A stretch of 53,772 bases of DNA from an uncultured Aminicenantes bacterium. GTDB lineage: Bacteria > Acidobacteriota > Aminicenantia > UBA2199. Below the pieces are notes generated by a model. It did not search any database, was not told the DNA's origin, and saw only the letters and a list, made by a program, of their open reading frames with translations. Made by a program: the position numbers and the translations under genes. Positions 28,353 through 38,716 of the stretch are shown piece by piece. Each line of letters starts with the position of its first letter. Within the stretch, counting starts at the first letter, position 1. The DNA is taken from contig CBDAFS010000046.1 in assembly GCA_965195285.1 (NCBI GenBank), positions 1 to 53,772 on the forward strand, read 5' to 3'.

Positions 28353-30065
28353 CTATTTTCTTTTCATTTTTTTCTCGATTTCATCCAGACCCAACCGGAT
28401 CATGATGGGGCGTTGATGGGGGCAGAAATCGGGATTGGAAGTTTCAAACAAATCCCGGACCAGATCTACCATCTCCTGGGGAAGCAGTTTGTGATTGACC
28501 TTTATCGAACCCTTGCAGGCGATTTCCGAGAGCACCCGGTCCTCAAATCCGGACTCCTCCTCTTTTTTCAAATGAAGGATCCTGACGATCACCTCCCGGA
28601 CATGTCGCTCTTCCAGAATCCGGGGAAACCGTTTCACGTCATAGGCATTCCCGCTCAAAGGCCTGATTTCGAATCCCATCTCCCCGAGCAGATCACTCTT
28701 TTCTTCCTCCAAAAGAACCTGCTCCGAAGCAGTCAGTTCCAGGACCACCGGGAACAGGGGTAAGAGGGAAACTACCTTCCGGTTCTGGTACTGTTCTTTC
28801 AGCCGGTCAAAGCGGATGCGTTCATGGGCATTGTGCTGGTCGATGATGAGCAGTGCTCCGTCTTTTTCCACAATGATATACGAATTTCGGTACTGGCCGA
28901 TCAGGGAAAAATTATCATCCGCGGTGGTCCAGGACCCGAACAGTCCGGACTCCCGGGATGGGTCAAAATCAAACTGGTCCGGGTAGCCATCACCCGCAAA
29001 CGGTCCGGACAGCGACCTTCGGTCCGGAAAATCCGGCAGGGAATCCAGCCCGCTGACAGCTCCGGGCATGACCCCCGGGCCGGCCATGGACCGGTCAATG
29101 GCCTGTTTTAAAAATTGAAACATGAAACCGGAATCCCTGAACTTGATCTCCAGCTTCATGGGGTGGATATTCACATCAATCTGGTCGGGGGGGACTTCAA
29201 ACATGAGGATGGCAACCGGGCTGCGGCTCTTCTCCAGGTATTTTTGATAGGAGCGGTTCAGGGAGGCGATCAGGGTCTTTTCCCGTACCGGCCTTTGGTT
29301 GACGAAAAAGTACTGGCGCTTTTTAGTAGCCGCCCCGGTATTCAGCCTGGATGCAAACCCGCTCAAACCATAAGGCGGCTGCTCCAACCGGACTTCCTGG
29401 AGGGAGTTCAGAAATTCCTTGCCGAAAACCTGATAAATGCGGTCTTTCAGCCCGCTGGTTTTTTCATAGGCAAATATTGATTTTCCGTTGTTTTCCAGGG
29501 AAAAGGAAATATTATAATTGACCAGGCAACACGGTTCCAAAAAGGCTGTGATCCTATTGAGCTCGGTCCGGTCGCTCTTCAAAAATTTTTTTCGCACCGG
29601 AAAATTGTAAAACAGGTCCCGGACATCAATCAGGGTTCCCTGCTTGAATCCAATCTCCTGTTGGGAGATCATTTTCCCTTTTTCAAAAACAGCAGCTATC
29701 CCCTGGCCCTGCCGGTTATTGGCTGATTTCAGCTCAACCCGGGACACCTCCAGTATGGAGGGCAGGGCTTCCCCCCGGAATCCCAGGGTTTGGAGCCGGT
29801 CCAGGTCCTCCAATTCCGCCAACTTGGAGGTGGTGTGCCGCTGAAAGGCAATCTCAATATCCAGGGGCTCGAATCCATGTCCCGTGTCTTCCACGCTGAT
29901 TCGGGCAATCCCACCGCCGACCAGCCGGATGGCAATATCATCGGCCCCGGAATCAATGGAATTCTCCACCAGTTCTTTGACTACTGAAAGGGGCCGCTCA
30001 ATTACTTCGCCGGCCGCGATTTTCTGGTACACATCGGTTTTTAAAATTTTGACTCGGTTGCTCAT
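28353..30065 (-). CDS. mutL: DNA mismatch repair endonuclease MutL
   Basis: IAAGEVIERP, GFRGEAL, DVNIHP.K, DQHNAHER, ACK, CPHQRP. Confidence 0.95.
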   Translation of the reverse strand: MSNRVKILKTDVYQKIAAGEVIERPLSVVKELVENSIDSGADDIAIRLVGGGIARISVEDTGHGFEPLDIEIAFQRHTTSKLAELEDLDRLQTLGFRGEALPSILEVSRVELKSANNRQGQGIAAVFEKGKMISQQEIGFKQGTLIDVRDLFYNFPVRKKFLKSDRTELNRITAFLEPCCLVNYNISFSLENNGKSIFAYEKTSGLKDRIYQVFGKEFLNSLQEVRLEQPPYGLSGFASRLNTGAATKKRQYFFVNQRPVREKTLIASLNRSYQKYLEKSRSPVAILMFEVPPDQIDVNIHPMKLEIKFRDSGFMFQFLKQAIDRSMAGPGVMPGAVSGLDSLPDFPDRRSLSGPFAGDGYPDQFDFDPSRESGLFGSWTTADDNFSLIGQYRNSYIIVEKDGALLIIDQHNAHERIRFDRLKEQYQNRKVVSLLPLFPVVLELTASEQVLLEEEKSDLLGEMGFEIRPLSGNAYDVKRFPRILEERHVREVIVRILHLKKEEESGFEDRVLSEIACKGSIKVNHKLLPQEMVDLVRDLFETSNPDFCPHQRPIMIRLGLDEIEKKMKRK

Positions 30066-30113
30066 GGTTTGAATCCGGAATTATGTATTAACACAATCCG
30101 GATTTTTTTTCAA

Positions 30114-30142
30114 TTGACAGGGTTTGCTAAACCCCTTATAAT
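30114..30142 (+). promoter_or_regulatory. Consensus sigma70 promoter of def-fmt-rsmB
   Basis: TTGACA(30114-30119)-17 bp-TATAAT(30137-30142). Confidence 0.8.
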
Positions 30143-30158
30143 AGTGAAAGGGAGCACC

Positions 30159-30665
30159 ATGTTTGAAATATGTAAATACGGCGAAACCGTGTTAAAACAA
30201 AAAGCCAGGGAAGTAGAGAACATAGATGAAAAAATGGCCCTGCTGGTGGAAAAAATGCGTCAGACCATGTACGGGGCCAACGGCATCGGGCTGGCTGCTC
30301 CCCAGATCGGCAAATCCATTCAGCTGGCCCTGGTGGATATCACCATGGGAGAAGACGGGGATGAATTCATGGTGTTGATCAACCCGGAAATCATCGAATC
30401 CGAAGGAAACGAAGCCAATGAAGAGGGCTGCCTCTCCATTCCCGGGATTTCTACCCAGTTATCCCGGGCCATCCATATCAAAATCAGGGCCTATGACCTG
30501 AACGGAAAGGAAATCCGGCAGGAATATGAGGGCCACAAGGCCCGGGTGATCCAGCATGAAATCGACCATTTGAATGGAATTCTGATCGTGGATCGGGTTT
30601 CCAGTCTGAAGAAACAATTACTGAAAAAGGAAATCAGAAAATTGAAAGCCAATGAGCAATGGTAA
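30159..30665 (+). CDS. def: Peptide deformylase
   Basis: GIGLAAPQIG, EGCLS, QHEIDHLNG; start ATG 30159. Confidence 0.96.
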   Translation: MFEICKYGETVLKQKAREVENIDEKMALLVEKMRQTMYGANGIGLAAPQIGKSIQLALVDITMGEDGDEFMVLINPEIIESEGNEANEEGCLSIPGISTQLSRAIHIKIRAYDLNGKEIRQEYEGHKARVIQHEIDHLNGILIVDRVSSLKKQLLKKEIRKLKANEQW

Positions 30666-31602
30666 TATTGTCTACTTCGGCACTTCGGAAGCAGGAATCC
30701 CCTTTCTCCATGAGTTGAAAAAGGATTTCACCCTCAAACTGATCATTACCCGGCCGGATGCTGTCGGCGGACGCTGCCGACAGACCATATGCCCTCCGGT
30801 GAAATCCTTTGCCGAGTTGCATCACCTCCCTCTTGAACAACCGGAAAAGCTCAATAATCCCGGTCTGGAGGAAAAAATCAGGCTGGCCAGGCCGGATATC
30901 GGGGTGGTGATCGGTTATGGCAAGTTCCTTCCGGAACGGCTCTATACCATTCCCGAATTCAACACGGTGAACGTCCATTTTTCCCTGTTACCCCGCTACC
31001 GGGGGGCAGCACCGGTACAACGGTCCCTGGAAGCAGGTGAAACCCGGACCGGTATTACCGTATTCGAGATCGACAAACAAATGGATACCGGTCCATTGTG
31101 GGCCATGCAGGAATTCGACATCCTTCCCGAGGATACCAGCCAGACCCTGATGGAACGGCTAAGCCGGGAGGGGGGGGCTTTCCTGAGCGAGACCATTCAC
31201 CACATCCTGAACGGTTCCATCAACAAACAACCCCAGGATCACAGCCGGGCCAGCTATGCCCCGCTCCTGCAAAAGCAGGAGGGCCGGGTGGACTGGAACC
31301 TTACCGCTTGGCAGATACACAACAAGTACCGGGCCTTCACCCCATGGCCGGGGCTCTTCTTTCTGATGAACGGTAAAACCATGAAGATTACAAAGACATC
31401 CTTGCCCGGCACCAATGGCCGGGGAGCAATCGCGGGCCGGGAAAAGCCCGGGAAGATCATCGAGCTGAACCGAAACCGGCTGGAGGTGTGCTGCGGAAAC
31501 CAGACCATACTCGCCATTGAAGAATTTCAGCCCCAGGGCAAGAAGACCATGACCCCCTATTGCTTTTCGCTGGGAAACCCGCTCCCCGATCTGTTGAATT
31601 GA
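30652..31602 (+). CDS. fmt: Methionyl-tRNA formyltransferase
   Basis: NVHFSLLPRYRGAAP, MDTG, PWPG; follows def. Confidence 0.95.
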   Translation: MSNGNIVYFGTSEAGIPFLHELKKDFTLKLIITRPDAVGGRCRQTICPPVKSFAELHHLPLEQPEKLNNPGLEEKIRLARPDIGVVIGYGKFLPERLYTIPEFNTVNVHFSLLPRYRGAAPVQRSLEAGETRTGITVFEIDKQMDTGPLWAMQEFDILPEDTSQTLMERLSREGGAFLSETIHHILNGSINKQPQDHSRASYAPLLQKQEGRVDWNLTAWQIHNKYRAFTPWPGLFFLMNGKTMKITKTSLPGTNGRGAIAGREKPGKIIELNRNRLEVCCGNQTILAIEEFQPQGKKTMTPYCFSLGNPLPDLLN

Positions 31603-32927
31603 ATTTTCTGGACCCTGTCTTTCAAATCCTGACTCATTTTCAGGATCACCCCGAATCCAACCTGAAACTGTTGTTAAACCGGTCCCTGAAAACCCAAAAA
31701 TCCTTGGCCAGTCCCAAAACCACCCTGCTGGTTTATGATATTATCCGCCAACAACAGATCCTGGATACCGTGATCAAGCGCTTTTCCAGGATCCGGTTGG
31801 AAAAAATCGATCCCCGAAATCGGGTATTGCTGAGAATGGGCGTATACCTGCTGCTCTACTCCGATGCCACTCCGGATTATGCGGCAGTGAATGAGATCGT
31901 GGGCCGGTCTGACCGTTCATCGCGGGGGTTTGTCAATGCCCTGTTGAGAAACCTGGCCCGCCAGCGTCACCAGGTCTTGAAGGACCTGCAGGAGATCCGC
32001 GACCCCAAGATCCGTTATTCCATATCCCCGCTTCTGGTATCAGAACTGAATCGGATCTCCGCCAACCCTGAAGAAGACCTGCAATATCTGAACACCAAAC
32101 CGGTTTTTCATCTCCGGGCCAACACCCGGGTGTTATCCGTTTCGCGGCTTCGCCAACACCTGACCGACCGGGCAGTGGAATTCAAGGAGTTGAAACCCTT
32201 TTTATCATTTGAGATCCGTAATCCCGGAAGGATCCTGGAAGCAATGGTCAACCGCGGTCAGGGCTTTTTTCAGAACACCGGTTCTCAGCTGGTCTCCATC
32301 GTGGCCTCCCGTTATGCCCGTGGGAAAGTGCTGGATGGCTGTTGTGCACCGGGCACCAAGTCCATGACCCTGCAACTGTTAAAACCGGACCTTAAAATTG
32401 TGGCCAATGACATCAACCTGAAGCGGGTCCGAATGATGCAGATATTTCATAAACTCAGCCGGATGGCAGCCAAACACATGGTGGTTTCTGACCTCACCCG
32501 TCCGGCACTCCGGCAGGGTTTTGATTTGATCCTGCTGGATGCCCCCTGTTCCTCCTCCGGCACGATGCGAAAAAATCCGGATTTAAAACTGAAGATTGAC
32601 CGGGAATCGCTCAACAGCCATTCCCGCCTCCAGGCCCGCCTGCTGACCACACTGCTGGAATCCCATCCCCGAGCCTGGATCCTGTATTCGGTCTGTTCAT
32701 TTACCGAAATCGAAACCGAAGCGGTTCTGGAGCAGGTGGCCGGTAAAAACGCCCGGATCGTTACCAATAACCAGGACCTGTCCGGGATACTGGATGAATT
32801 CGGATTTAGCTATAAACAGGGAAAATGGGGAATCTACCTGCTGCCGCATTGGGGTTTAAACAATGATTTGTTTTATCTGTCTCTGATCCGGAGAGAAGAA
32901 TCCGGTAAAACGGATCGGGGTTACTGA
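31599..32927 (+). CDS. rsmB: 16S rRNA m5C967 methyltransferase (RsmB/Sun)
   Basis: NusB-like N-terminus (GFVNALLR), DGCCAPGTKS, DAPCSSSG, YSVCS; follows fmt. Confidence 0.85.
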   Translation: MNFLDPVFQILTHFQDHPESNLKLLLNRSLKTQKSLASPKTTLLVYDIIRQQQILDTVIKRFSRIRLEKIDPRNRVLLRMGVYLLLYSDATPDYAAVNEIVGRSDRSSRGFVNALLRNLARQRHQVLKDLQEIRDPKIRYSISPLLVSELNRISANPEEDLQYLNTKPVFHLRANTRVLSVSRLRQHLTDRAVEFKELKPFLSFEIRNPGRILEAMVNRGQGFFQNTGSQLVSIVASRYARGKVLDGCCAPGTKSMTLQLLKPDLKIVANDINLKRVRMMQIFHKLSRMAAKHMVVSDLTRPALRQGFDLILLDAPCSSSGTMRKNPDLKLKIDRESLNSHSRLQARLLTTLLESHPRAWILYSVCSFTEIETEAVLEQVAGKNARIVTNNQDLSGILDEFGFSYKQGKWGIYLLPHWGLNNDLFYLSLIRREESGKTDRGY

Positions 32928-32934
32928 ATAAATA

Positions 32935-33291
32935 TTAAAAGGAAGAGATCAACTTGTCCCGGTGGATCTTGACATAAAAATCCAGTTTACCCGGAATGAT
33001 GTCCCTTTCGGCCAGAATCACCATGAAATAGTCCCCGGTCAGGGAAAATACCATCAGGGTCTCATCGGAATAATTGATGCGTATCATATGGTTCAGAGCC
33101 GAGAGGGTAATGGTTTCGAAACGGGATAGCACATCGGCCAGCATGGCTCCCATGAGCTCGATATCCTGAGAAAACTCCTTATAACCCATCCTTTCCAGTT
33201 CCAGCCCGTCTTTTCCCCAGATGCCAATGCACTTGATCTCTTTATTTTGTTTTTGAATTTTATTAAAAATGTCTTCAAACAACTTCGCCAC
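32935..33291 (-). CDS. Roadblock/LC7 domain protein (MglB/MglC-like)
   Basis: 118 aa, GIWGKDGLEL motif and helix-strand pattern; last gene of the pil operon. Confidence 0.65.
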   Translation of the reverse strand: MAKLFEDIFNKIQKQNKEIKCIGIWGKDGLELERMGYKEFSQDIELMGAMLADVLSRFETITLSALNHMIRINYSDETLMVFSLTGDYFMVILAERDIIPGKLDFYVKIHRDKLISSF

Positions 33292-34288
33292 CTCGCTCCT
33301 GAATGATATTTAAAAAAACCGTCAGTGCCTTAATTTTTTTCTGGCAGAGGCCCTTGGATTTCAGCTCATTGACCTTGGCCAGGAACTTCTCATCCTTGTG
33401 GTTCTGGTACAGCTTTTCATAGATATAAAGGGCCTCCTCATACAGTCCCTGGGACAGGTAGAGTTCGGCCGCGCTCTCGGTGATAAACTCATCGCCCGAT
33501 TCAGTTTTGGGGACCTGGGTGGTAACCGTGTCGGACTTTTGAGCCGCTGCACTGTCGACAAACAGGTCAGCCACATCCTCGGTAGACACCTCATCCCCTG
33601 ATTTCTCCGGCCCGGAGCCAACAAAAACCGGGTCAGCCATCAGGCTCTCTTCCACGTCCTGGCTGACTTTGTCAGGAACGGCTTCCACCTTGATCTGATC
33701 CACCTCCACATAGGACTCATCCACCCCGGGAATGGAAGGATTGAGCTCTTCCTCTTCCAGTTGAATGGAATCCTCGGTCAAGACGTCTTCCTCTTCCTCT
33801 TCTGTCAGAGAGTTGTCTAAAATATTGCTGATTTCTTCCTCGGGCAGGGTATCGGCCCTCCATTTCTCTTTTTCCCGGATCATGGCTGCCTGGATGCCCG
33901 GCTCTTCGGCGGATTCGGTTCCGGATTTCTGCTGGAGCTCTTTTACTGCTTCCTTGGCCTGGCTGTTAAAGGGATCGATGAACAGGGCCTTGTTGTAATA
34001 ATCCAGGGCCTGGCTGTATTTTTTCAGATCCAGGCTGAGGCCCCCGATTTCCAGGAACAGGTTCAGGTGGTTGTCATGGGTGGAAATCAGATCGGACAGG
34101 ATGTCCTCGGCCTCGGTCAATTTGCCCGTGGCCCGCAGCAGCTTGCTGGTTACGAACCGGATCAGGAAGGATTCGGGAAATTCTTTCAGCAAATGCCCGG
34201 ACAGTTCCAGCCCCTCTTCATACTTTTCCTCATTGAAGAGCTTTTCCAGGGCAATCAGTTGATCTTTTTCATTCAATAATTCAGCCAT
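33275..34288 (-). CDS. TPR protein with acidic linker
   Basis: N-terminal TPRs (ALDYYNKALFIDPFN), D/E-rich middle, C-terminal TESAAELYLSQG..EEAL.IYEKL repeat. Confidence 0.75.
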   Translation of the reverse strand: MAELLNEKDQLIALEKLFNEEKYEEGLELSGHLLKEFPESFLIRFVTSKLLRATGKLTEAEDILSDLISTHDNHLNLFLEIGGLSLDLKKYSQALDYYNKALFIDPFNSQAKEAVKELQQKSGTESAEEPGIQAAMIREKEKWRADTLPEEEISNILDNSLTEEEEEDVLTEDSIQLEEEELNPSIPGVDESYVEVDQIKVEAVPDKVSQDVEESLMADPVFVGSGPEKSGDEVSTEDVADLFVDSAAAQKSDTVTTQVPKTESGDEFITESAAELYLSQGLYEEALYIYEKLYQNHKDEKFLAKVNELKSKGLCQKKIKALTVFLNIIQERGGEVV

Positions 34289-34326
34289 GTTTTTTTTTAT
34301 TTTTTAATAAGTTTATTTTTTTATTA

Positions 34327-35118
34327 TTATAATTGGTTTATAGTAATCGTTTCTGTTTGGTTAAAAACATCCGCAGGAGCTGTTGCAGTAATTATTATCG
34401 TAGTTGATCTAGAGGGATTCCCAGTATTATCAGCAACCGTAAAGGCTATGGTTGAGTCTGTTGTACCTGAGGCGACCGAACTGGTAATCCAGGTATCAGT
34501 AGCCGGAATGGTCACCAAGAAACTTATGGCATCGGTTCCTTTACTGTTAAATACCAGATAATTCAATGTGACTGGTCCTAAATTTGGAACATTCAAAGGA
34601 TCCACTCCGGTATCAACCAGAGTTATTGCCAGTTGGTTGGCTCCGTCATCCGGCATGTTGGTAACCAGTTGCAGGGGAATAATTTCCCAGACATTGTACA
34701 GGTCGACCTGCATCAAGGCCTGGATATAGATCATTGAATCGGAACCGATCTTATCGATGGCCAGATGGGTAACCGAATACTGGATCGAGGTCTTGCCCTG
34801 GGCATTGGTGGTCCGAACTGCGGTGCGGGACCCACCGGGAAAATAGCCGATATCATCACTGATTTTAAATACAATGTTCTTGCCGGTTACCGGAGTCCCA
34901 TTATTGTACAGGGCAGTGGTGTTCAAATACGATATTGCCGGACTGGTTCCCTGAGAGACAAACAGTAAACCGGGATTGGCCACTCCGGACAGGTTTATGA
35001 TAAAACCCGCGGGTTCATGCATATCCGGGTCAGCCAGATCCGACCGCTTGCACCCGGGCACAAACACCAATGCGCCAATGACCGCTATCATAAAAACGAA
35101 TAATATATATTTTTTCAT
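34327..35118 (-). CDS. Lipoprotein with Ig-like and C-terminal BACON-like domains
   Basis: Lipobox VPGC; TTNAQG Ig-like motif; W-I-T...TVADNT...R.TTI.I...ITINQ pattern. Confidence 0.6.
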   Translation of the reverse strand: MKKYILFVFMIAVIGALVFVPGCKRSDLADPDMHEPAGFIINLSGVANPGLLFVSQGTSPAISYLNTTALYNNGTPVTGKNIVFKISDDIGYFPGGSRTAVRTTNAQGKTSIQYSVTHLAIDKIGSDSMIYIQALMQVDLYNVWEIIPLQLVTNMPDDGANQLAITLVDTGVDPLNVPNLGPVTLNYLVFNSKGTDAISFLVTIPATDTWITSSVASGTTDSTIAFTVADNTGNPSRSTTIIITATAPADVFNQTETITINQL

Positions 35119-35139
35119 TGTATAACCTCCATGAAAGGT

Positions 35140-35715
35140 TTATAACTCTTCTTCGCCAAAATTACCGCACCAGACCGAGACCACAGCAATAACCGGACTC
35201 ACACGGTGGCCGCCCAGGTCAATGCCGTGAAAGGTCACCTTGGCTTCAAGTTTGAGAAATTCTTCCTCACCGTAATTGACCAGGTCCACCAGCGGGGGTT
35301 CCAGCTTGGCCACATGCTGGACGATGTTAAAGGGAAAGGTGACGATGGCTTCGAGATCAACCCGGTAATAGACCTTCTGGGAAAAACTGAAGGGAATATC
35401 CCGGCCCTCCTGGCTCAAGCCATCGGAACGCGAATATTCCACATCGATCTGGTCCACGATCACCGAGTAATAATAGGACGCGTTTAAAGGGTCTAAGTTG
35501 GGATTAATGGGCATTGCGGTTAAATTGACCTCGCCCAGGGTATTGATCAGATAGGCAACATTGGAAAATATCGGAAGTTCACCATCCTTATCGGTAATGG
35601 AATTGATGATCAGTATGGTGTTGGAGGTGCTGCCGCCTTCGAAAATATTGCAGCGGGAAAAACCAACCACCACCAATACAATCAAAGCGAATATTTTTAG
35701 ACCGTTCAATTTCAT
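35140..35715 (-). CDS. Putative lipoprotein, beta-rich
   Basis: Signal peptide ending FSRC; immediately after pilQ. Confidence 0.6.
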   Translation of the reverse strand: MKLNGLKIFALIVLVVVGFSRCNIFEGGSTSNTILIINSITDKDGELPIFSNVAYLINTLGEVNLTAMPINPNLDPLNASYYYSVIVDQIDVEYSRSDGLSQEGRDIPFSFSQKVYYRVDLEAIVTFPFNIVQHVAKLEPPLVDLVNYGEEEFLKLEAKVTFHGIDLGGHRVSPVIAVVSVWCGNFGEEEL

Positions 35716-35724
35716 TGTGACCTC

Positions 35725-38196
35725 CTATTTATTGATCCGAGGAGTGATAAATATCAACAACTCGGTCTGTTTGCCGGCCCGCTGATTGTTGCGGAACAGG
35801 TTACCTAAAATGGGAATCTTGCTCAACAGCGGAACCGAATCCACGTTCTTGCTGTCCTCGACCCGGTAGAGTCCGCCGATTACAATGGTGCCGCCGTCCT
35901 TGACCATGACCGTGGTCTCCATTTTCTGTGTGACGATGGGCGGGATGCCTTGGACCAGGTTGGCAAAGTCAGCGGAATTATTGGTGATAAATATTTTGGT
36001 GATGATGGTGCCCTCGGCCGTAATCTGAGGGGTCACCCGCAGTTCCAGCGCAGCCGGAACATACCGGGTGGTCACGGTATTGTTCTGAATCGTCTGTACC
36101 GGAATCTGGCGTCCCTGCTGGATAATGGCTTCCTGGTTGTCCTGGGTGGTGACTTTGGGTGCGGAAATAACCTTGCCCTTACCATTTTTCTGCATGGCGG
36201 TAATGGCCATGTCCAGCTGAAAAGTATTGGCCACGTTTCCAAAACTGAAGGCCGCCCCGCTGTTAAAGGCGGGGGCCGGCAGGTTAATGGCATAGCCACC
36301 CAGATTTCCGGGCAAGCCCGGGGCACTGCTGTCGGCTATGCCGCCGCCGTTGATCCCGATGGAATTGGGAAAGCTCAGCGAGGTCTGGTTTCCAAAAGCC
36401 GCATCGGCAATAAAATTGAACCCCCACTGGATACCGAAGTTCTTGGTATAATTGGCTTCGGTTTCCACGATCCGGGCTTCAATGGATACCTGGCGCGTGG
36501 GCATATCCAGGGTTTCGATCAGCCTGTCAATGGTGGGCCGGTTGCGGGAAATATCGGTTATGATCAGCTGATTGGTCCGTTTATCCACCACAATCTCGCC
36601 CCGCTGGGAGAGGTATTTCTGCAGGATGGGCTTGATTTCCTCCACCCTGGCATAACTTAATGCAATGGTAAACACATCCAGACGTCCTTCCATTTCCCGG
36701 GCTTCCCTCAGCCGTCGCCGCTCCTGGGCCTCCTTCGCTAACACATCGACCTTACCGATGCGAATAACATTGCCCTCCTGAATCATGTCCAGCTTGTTGA
36801 CCCTCAGGAAATATTCCAGGGCCTGATCCCAGGGCACCTGGGTCATGCAGGCCGTGACCTTTCCGCTGACATTGGGATCGATCAGAAAATTCAGGCCGGA
36901 AATCTTGGCAAAAAATAACAGCACATTGTTCAGGTCGGCATCCTTGAAATTGAAATCCATGGGCTCGCCCTGATACTTGCGTTTGCCTTCGGCAATGGTT
37001 GTCTTGAGAACGGGGGGCTTTTCGGTGTCCATCTCCTCATTCTGCTGGTTCAGGAAATTTTCGGTAAAATCATCATTGGCCACTTTTGATTTTTCCTGGC
37101 TGAAGAACTCACTTGTATTTTTAACCGGGTTAACGGTCTGGATCTTAGACTGGGTCACTTCATTCTTTTTACTGGCCGGGCTCGTCTTATCCATCTGAAC
37201 TTTAATGGCGGCGGCCTTGACCGGCTCAATATTCTTGATGGATTCCGGTTTTTTATTGTCCGCAACCGTCTTTTCCGGTGTTTGAGTCTGGACGGCCGGC
37301 AGATCGTTTTTCTTATCGGCTGCCGGCTTTTTCAGCGCAGCCACTTCATTCTTGAACTCTGCCTTATTAAAAAAGGATACTTCCAGAATATTTTGATTCA
37401 ATTGTACGGTATAATTTTTTAAATATTTCAGGTCAAAAACAAGCCGGAACACCGAGGGTGAGTTATAGGCCCCCCGGATGCTTTTTACGTTTAAATAATG
37501 GATGAATTCCTTGAGCCGCTTGCTTTGGGTATTGTCCAGATCAATGGCCAGCCGCACCGGTGTATCCGGGATGGGAATCACCCGGTACTGAGCGCTTTTG
37601 CTCAACCCGAATTGAAATTTAATCCCGTCCTGATTCTTTTCCGCCACCTTGAAATAACGGATGGCGCATTTCCCCTGATTGTTCATCGGGGTGGTCGAAT
37701 CCAGAATGACCACCGGGTACTTGCTCCGGGAAGGGGATATTTTTTCGGTCTCCTTCAGGTCCTTCTGCTTTCGGTCTCCATACTGAACATCAGCTTTGGG
37801 GCCGGGTTTTATGTTTTTAACATCGGGAAATTCGATATATACCCCGTTTCGGTTGGTAAAAACCCGGTAATTGACCTTTTCCTTGAGGGTAATTTCCACG
37901 TCCACGAAGTCTCCATTGTCAACGATATTGACTTTCTGGATAATCGGGGAATCGAATTTCAACCGGCTCTTATCAATGTCAAAATCAATGTTATTGATTC
38001 TCATGACAATAAATTGATAGTTATCCTTTTGGGGATAAAAAATGTCCGGAATGGGAATGATGCGGCTGGATTTGAAATGTAACTGAACAAAACCCTCGCC
38101 GGCCAGACATTCGACATCAGAGACAAAATACTTGGCGTGTACAGCCAGTTGGAATAACAGCAAGAAACACAATATAATCACAAATTTTAATTTCAT
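35725..38196 (-). CDS. pilQ: Type IV pilus secretin with AMIN domains
   Basis: PVRLAIDL AMIN motif, VPWDQAL, QVSIEARIVE, VPLLSKIPILGNLF, ELLIFITPRI. Confidence 0.95.
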   Translation of the reverse strand: MKLKFVIILCFLLLFQLAVHAKYFVSDVECLAGEGFVQLHFKSSRIIPIPDIFYPQKDNYQFIVMRINNIDFDIDKSRLKFDSPIIQKVNIVDNGDFVDVEITLKEKVNYRVFTNRNGVYIEFPDVKNIKPGPKADVQYGDRKQKDLKETEKISPSRSKYPVVILDSTTPMNNQGKCAIRYFKVAEKNQDGIKFQFGLSKSAQYRVIPIPDTPVRLAIDLDNTQSKRLKEFIHYLNVKSIRGAYNSPSVFRLVFDLKYLKNYTVQLNQNILEVSFFNKAEFKNEVAALKKPAADKKNDLPAVQTQTPEKTVADNKKPESIKNIEPVKAAAIKVQMDKTSPASKKNEVTQSKIQTVNPVKNTSEFFSQEKSKVANDDFTENFLNQQNEEMDTEKPPVLKTTIAEGKRKYQGEPMDFNFKDADLNNVLLFFAKISGLNFLIDPNVSGKVTACMTQVPWDQALEYFLRVNKLDMIQEGNVIRIGKVDVLAKEAQERRRLREAREMEGRLDVFTIALSYARVEEIKPILQKYLSQRGEIVVDKRTNQLIITDISRNRPTIDRLIETLDMPTRQVSIEARIVETEANYTKNFGIQWGFNFIADAAFGNQTSLSFPNSIGINGGGIADSSAPGLPGNLGGYAINLPAPAFNSGAAFSFGNVANTFQLDMAITAMQKNGKGKVISAPKVTTQDNQEAIIQQGRQIPVQTIQNNTVTTRYVPAALELRVTPQITAEGTIITKIFITNNSADFANLVQGIPPIVTQKMETTVMVKDGGTIVIGGLYRVEDSKNVDSVPLLSKIPILGNLFRNNQRAGKQTELLIFITPRINK

Positions 38197-38675
38197 TTTC
38201 TTCTGTCCTCCTTTTCAGGATTTAACCATTTGGTCTCAAACTTTTCCTTTTTACCTCCCAAGGGCATTGTCAGGATCTTTTTAAACACCACTGAGTCGAA
38301 ATCAATCTTAACAATCACACCATCATATACATTGACTCCGACAGTGACGTTAAAAGGAGGCTCAGCATTACTGGGACCGGATAGTAAAGCCCGGTATTTC
38401 CCCTTGGTAAAAACAATTCCTTCTAGTTTCAATTCATCAATGAGCAAACCGGCAATACCCTCCAGTTCCTCTCGGGCAGTTTTGGTTTTTTCTCCTTTAC
38501 TCAAATCCCAGAAAGGATCCCTTCTTCCCTGTGGCTGGTAAACGAATTCGCCCGGCGGGATTCCAGCTTGGCTATTGTCATCCGTCACCTTGGCTTCCTG
38601 CTCGTTTGCTTTATTATCTTGCTGGGCAGGAATTACCATGGCAAACAGCATGATCATCACAATTAAAAATTTCAT
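38193..38675 (-). CDS. pilP: Type IV pilus assembly protein PilP-like
   Basis: Y.P.GRRDPF and LKLEGIV motifs; position between pilO and pilQ. Confidence 0.8.
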   Translation of the reverse strand: MKFLIVMIMLFAMVIPAQQDNKANEQEAKVTDDNSQAGIPPGEFVYQPQGRRDPFWDLSKGEKTKTAREELEGIAGLLIDELKLEGIVFTKGKYRALLSGPSNAEPPFNVTVGVNVYDGVIVKIDFDSVVFKKILTMPLGGKKEKFETKWLNPEKEDRRK

Positions 38676-38716
38676 CGCCTTTCTCCTCTAAGTAATTACC
38701 CCCTCCAATTTCCTCG

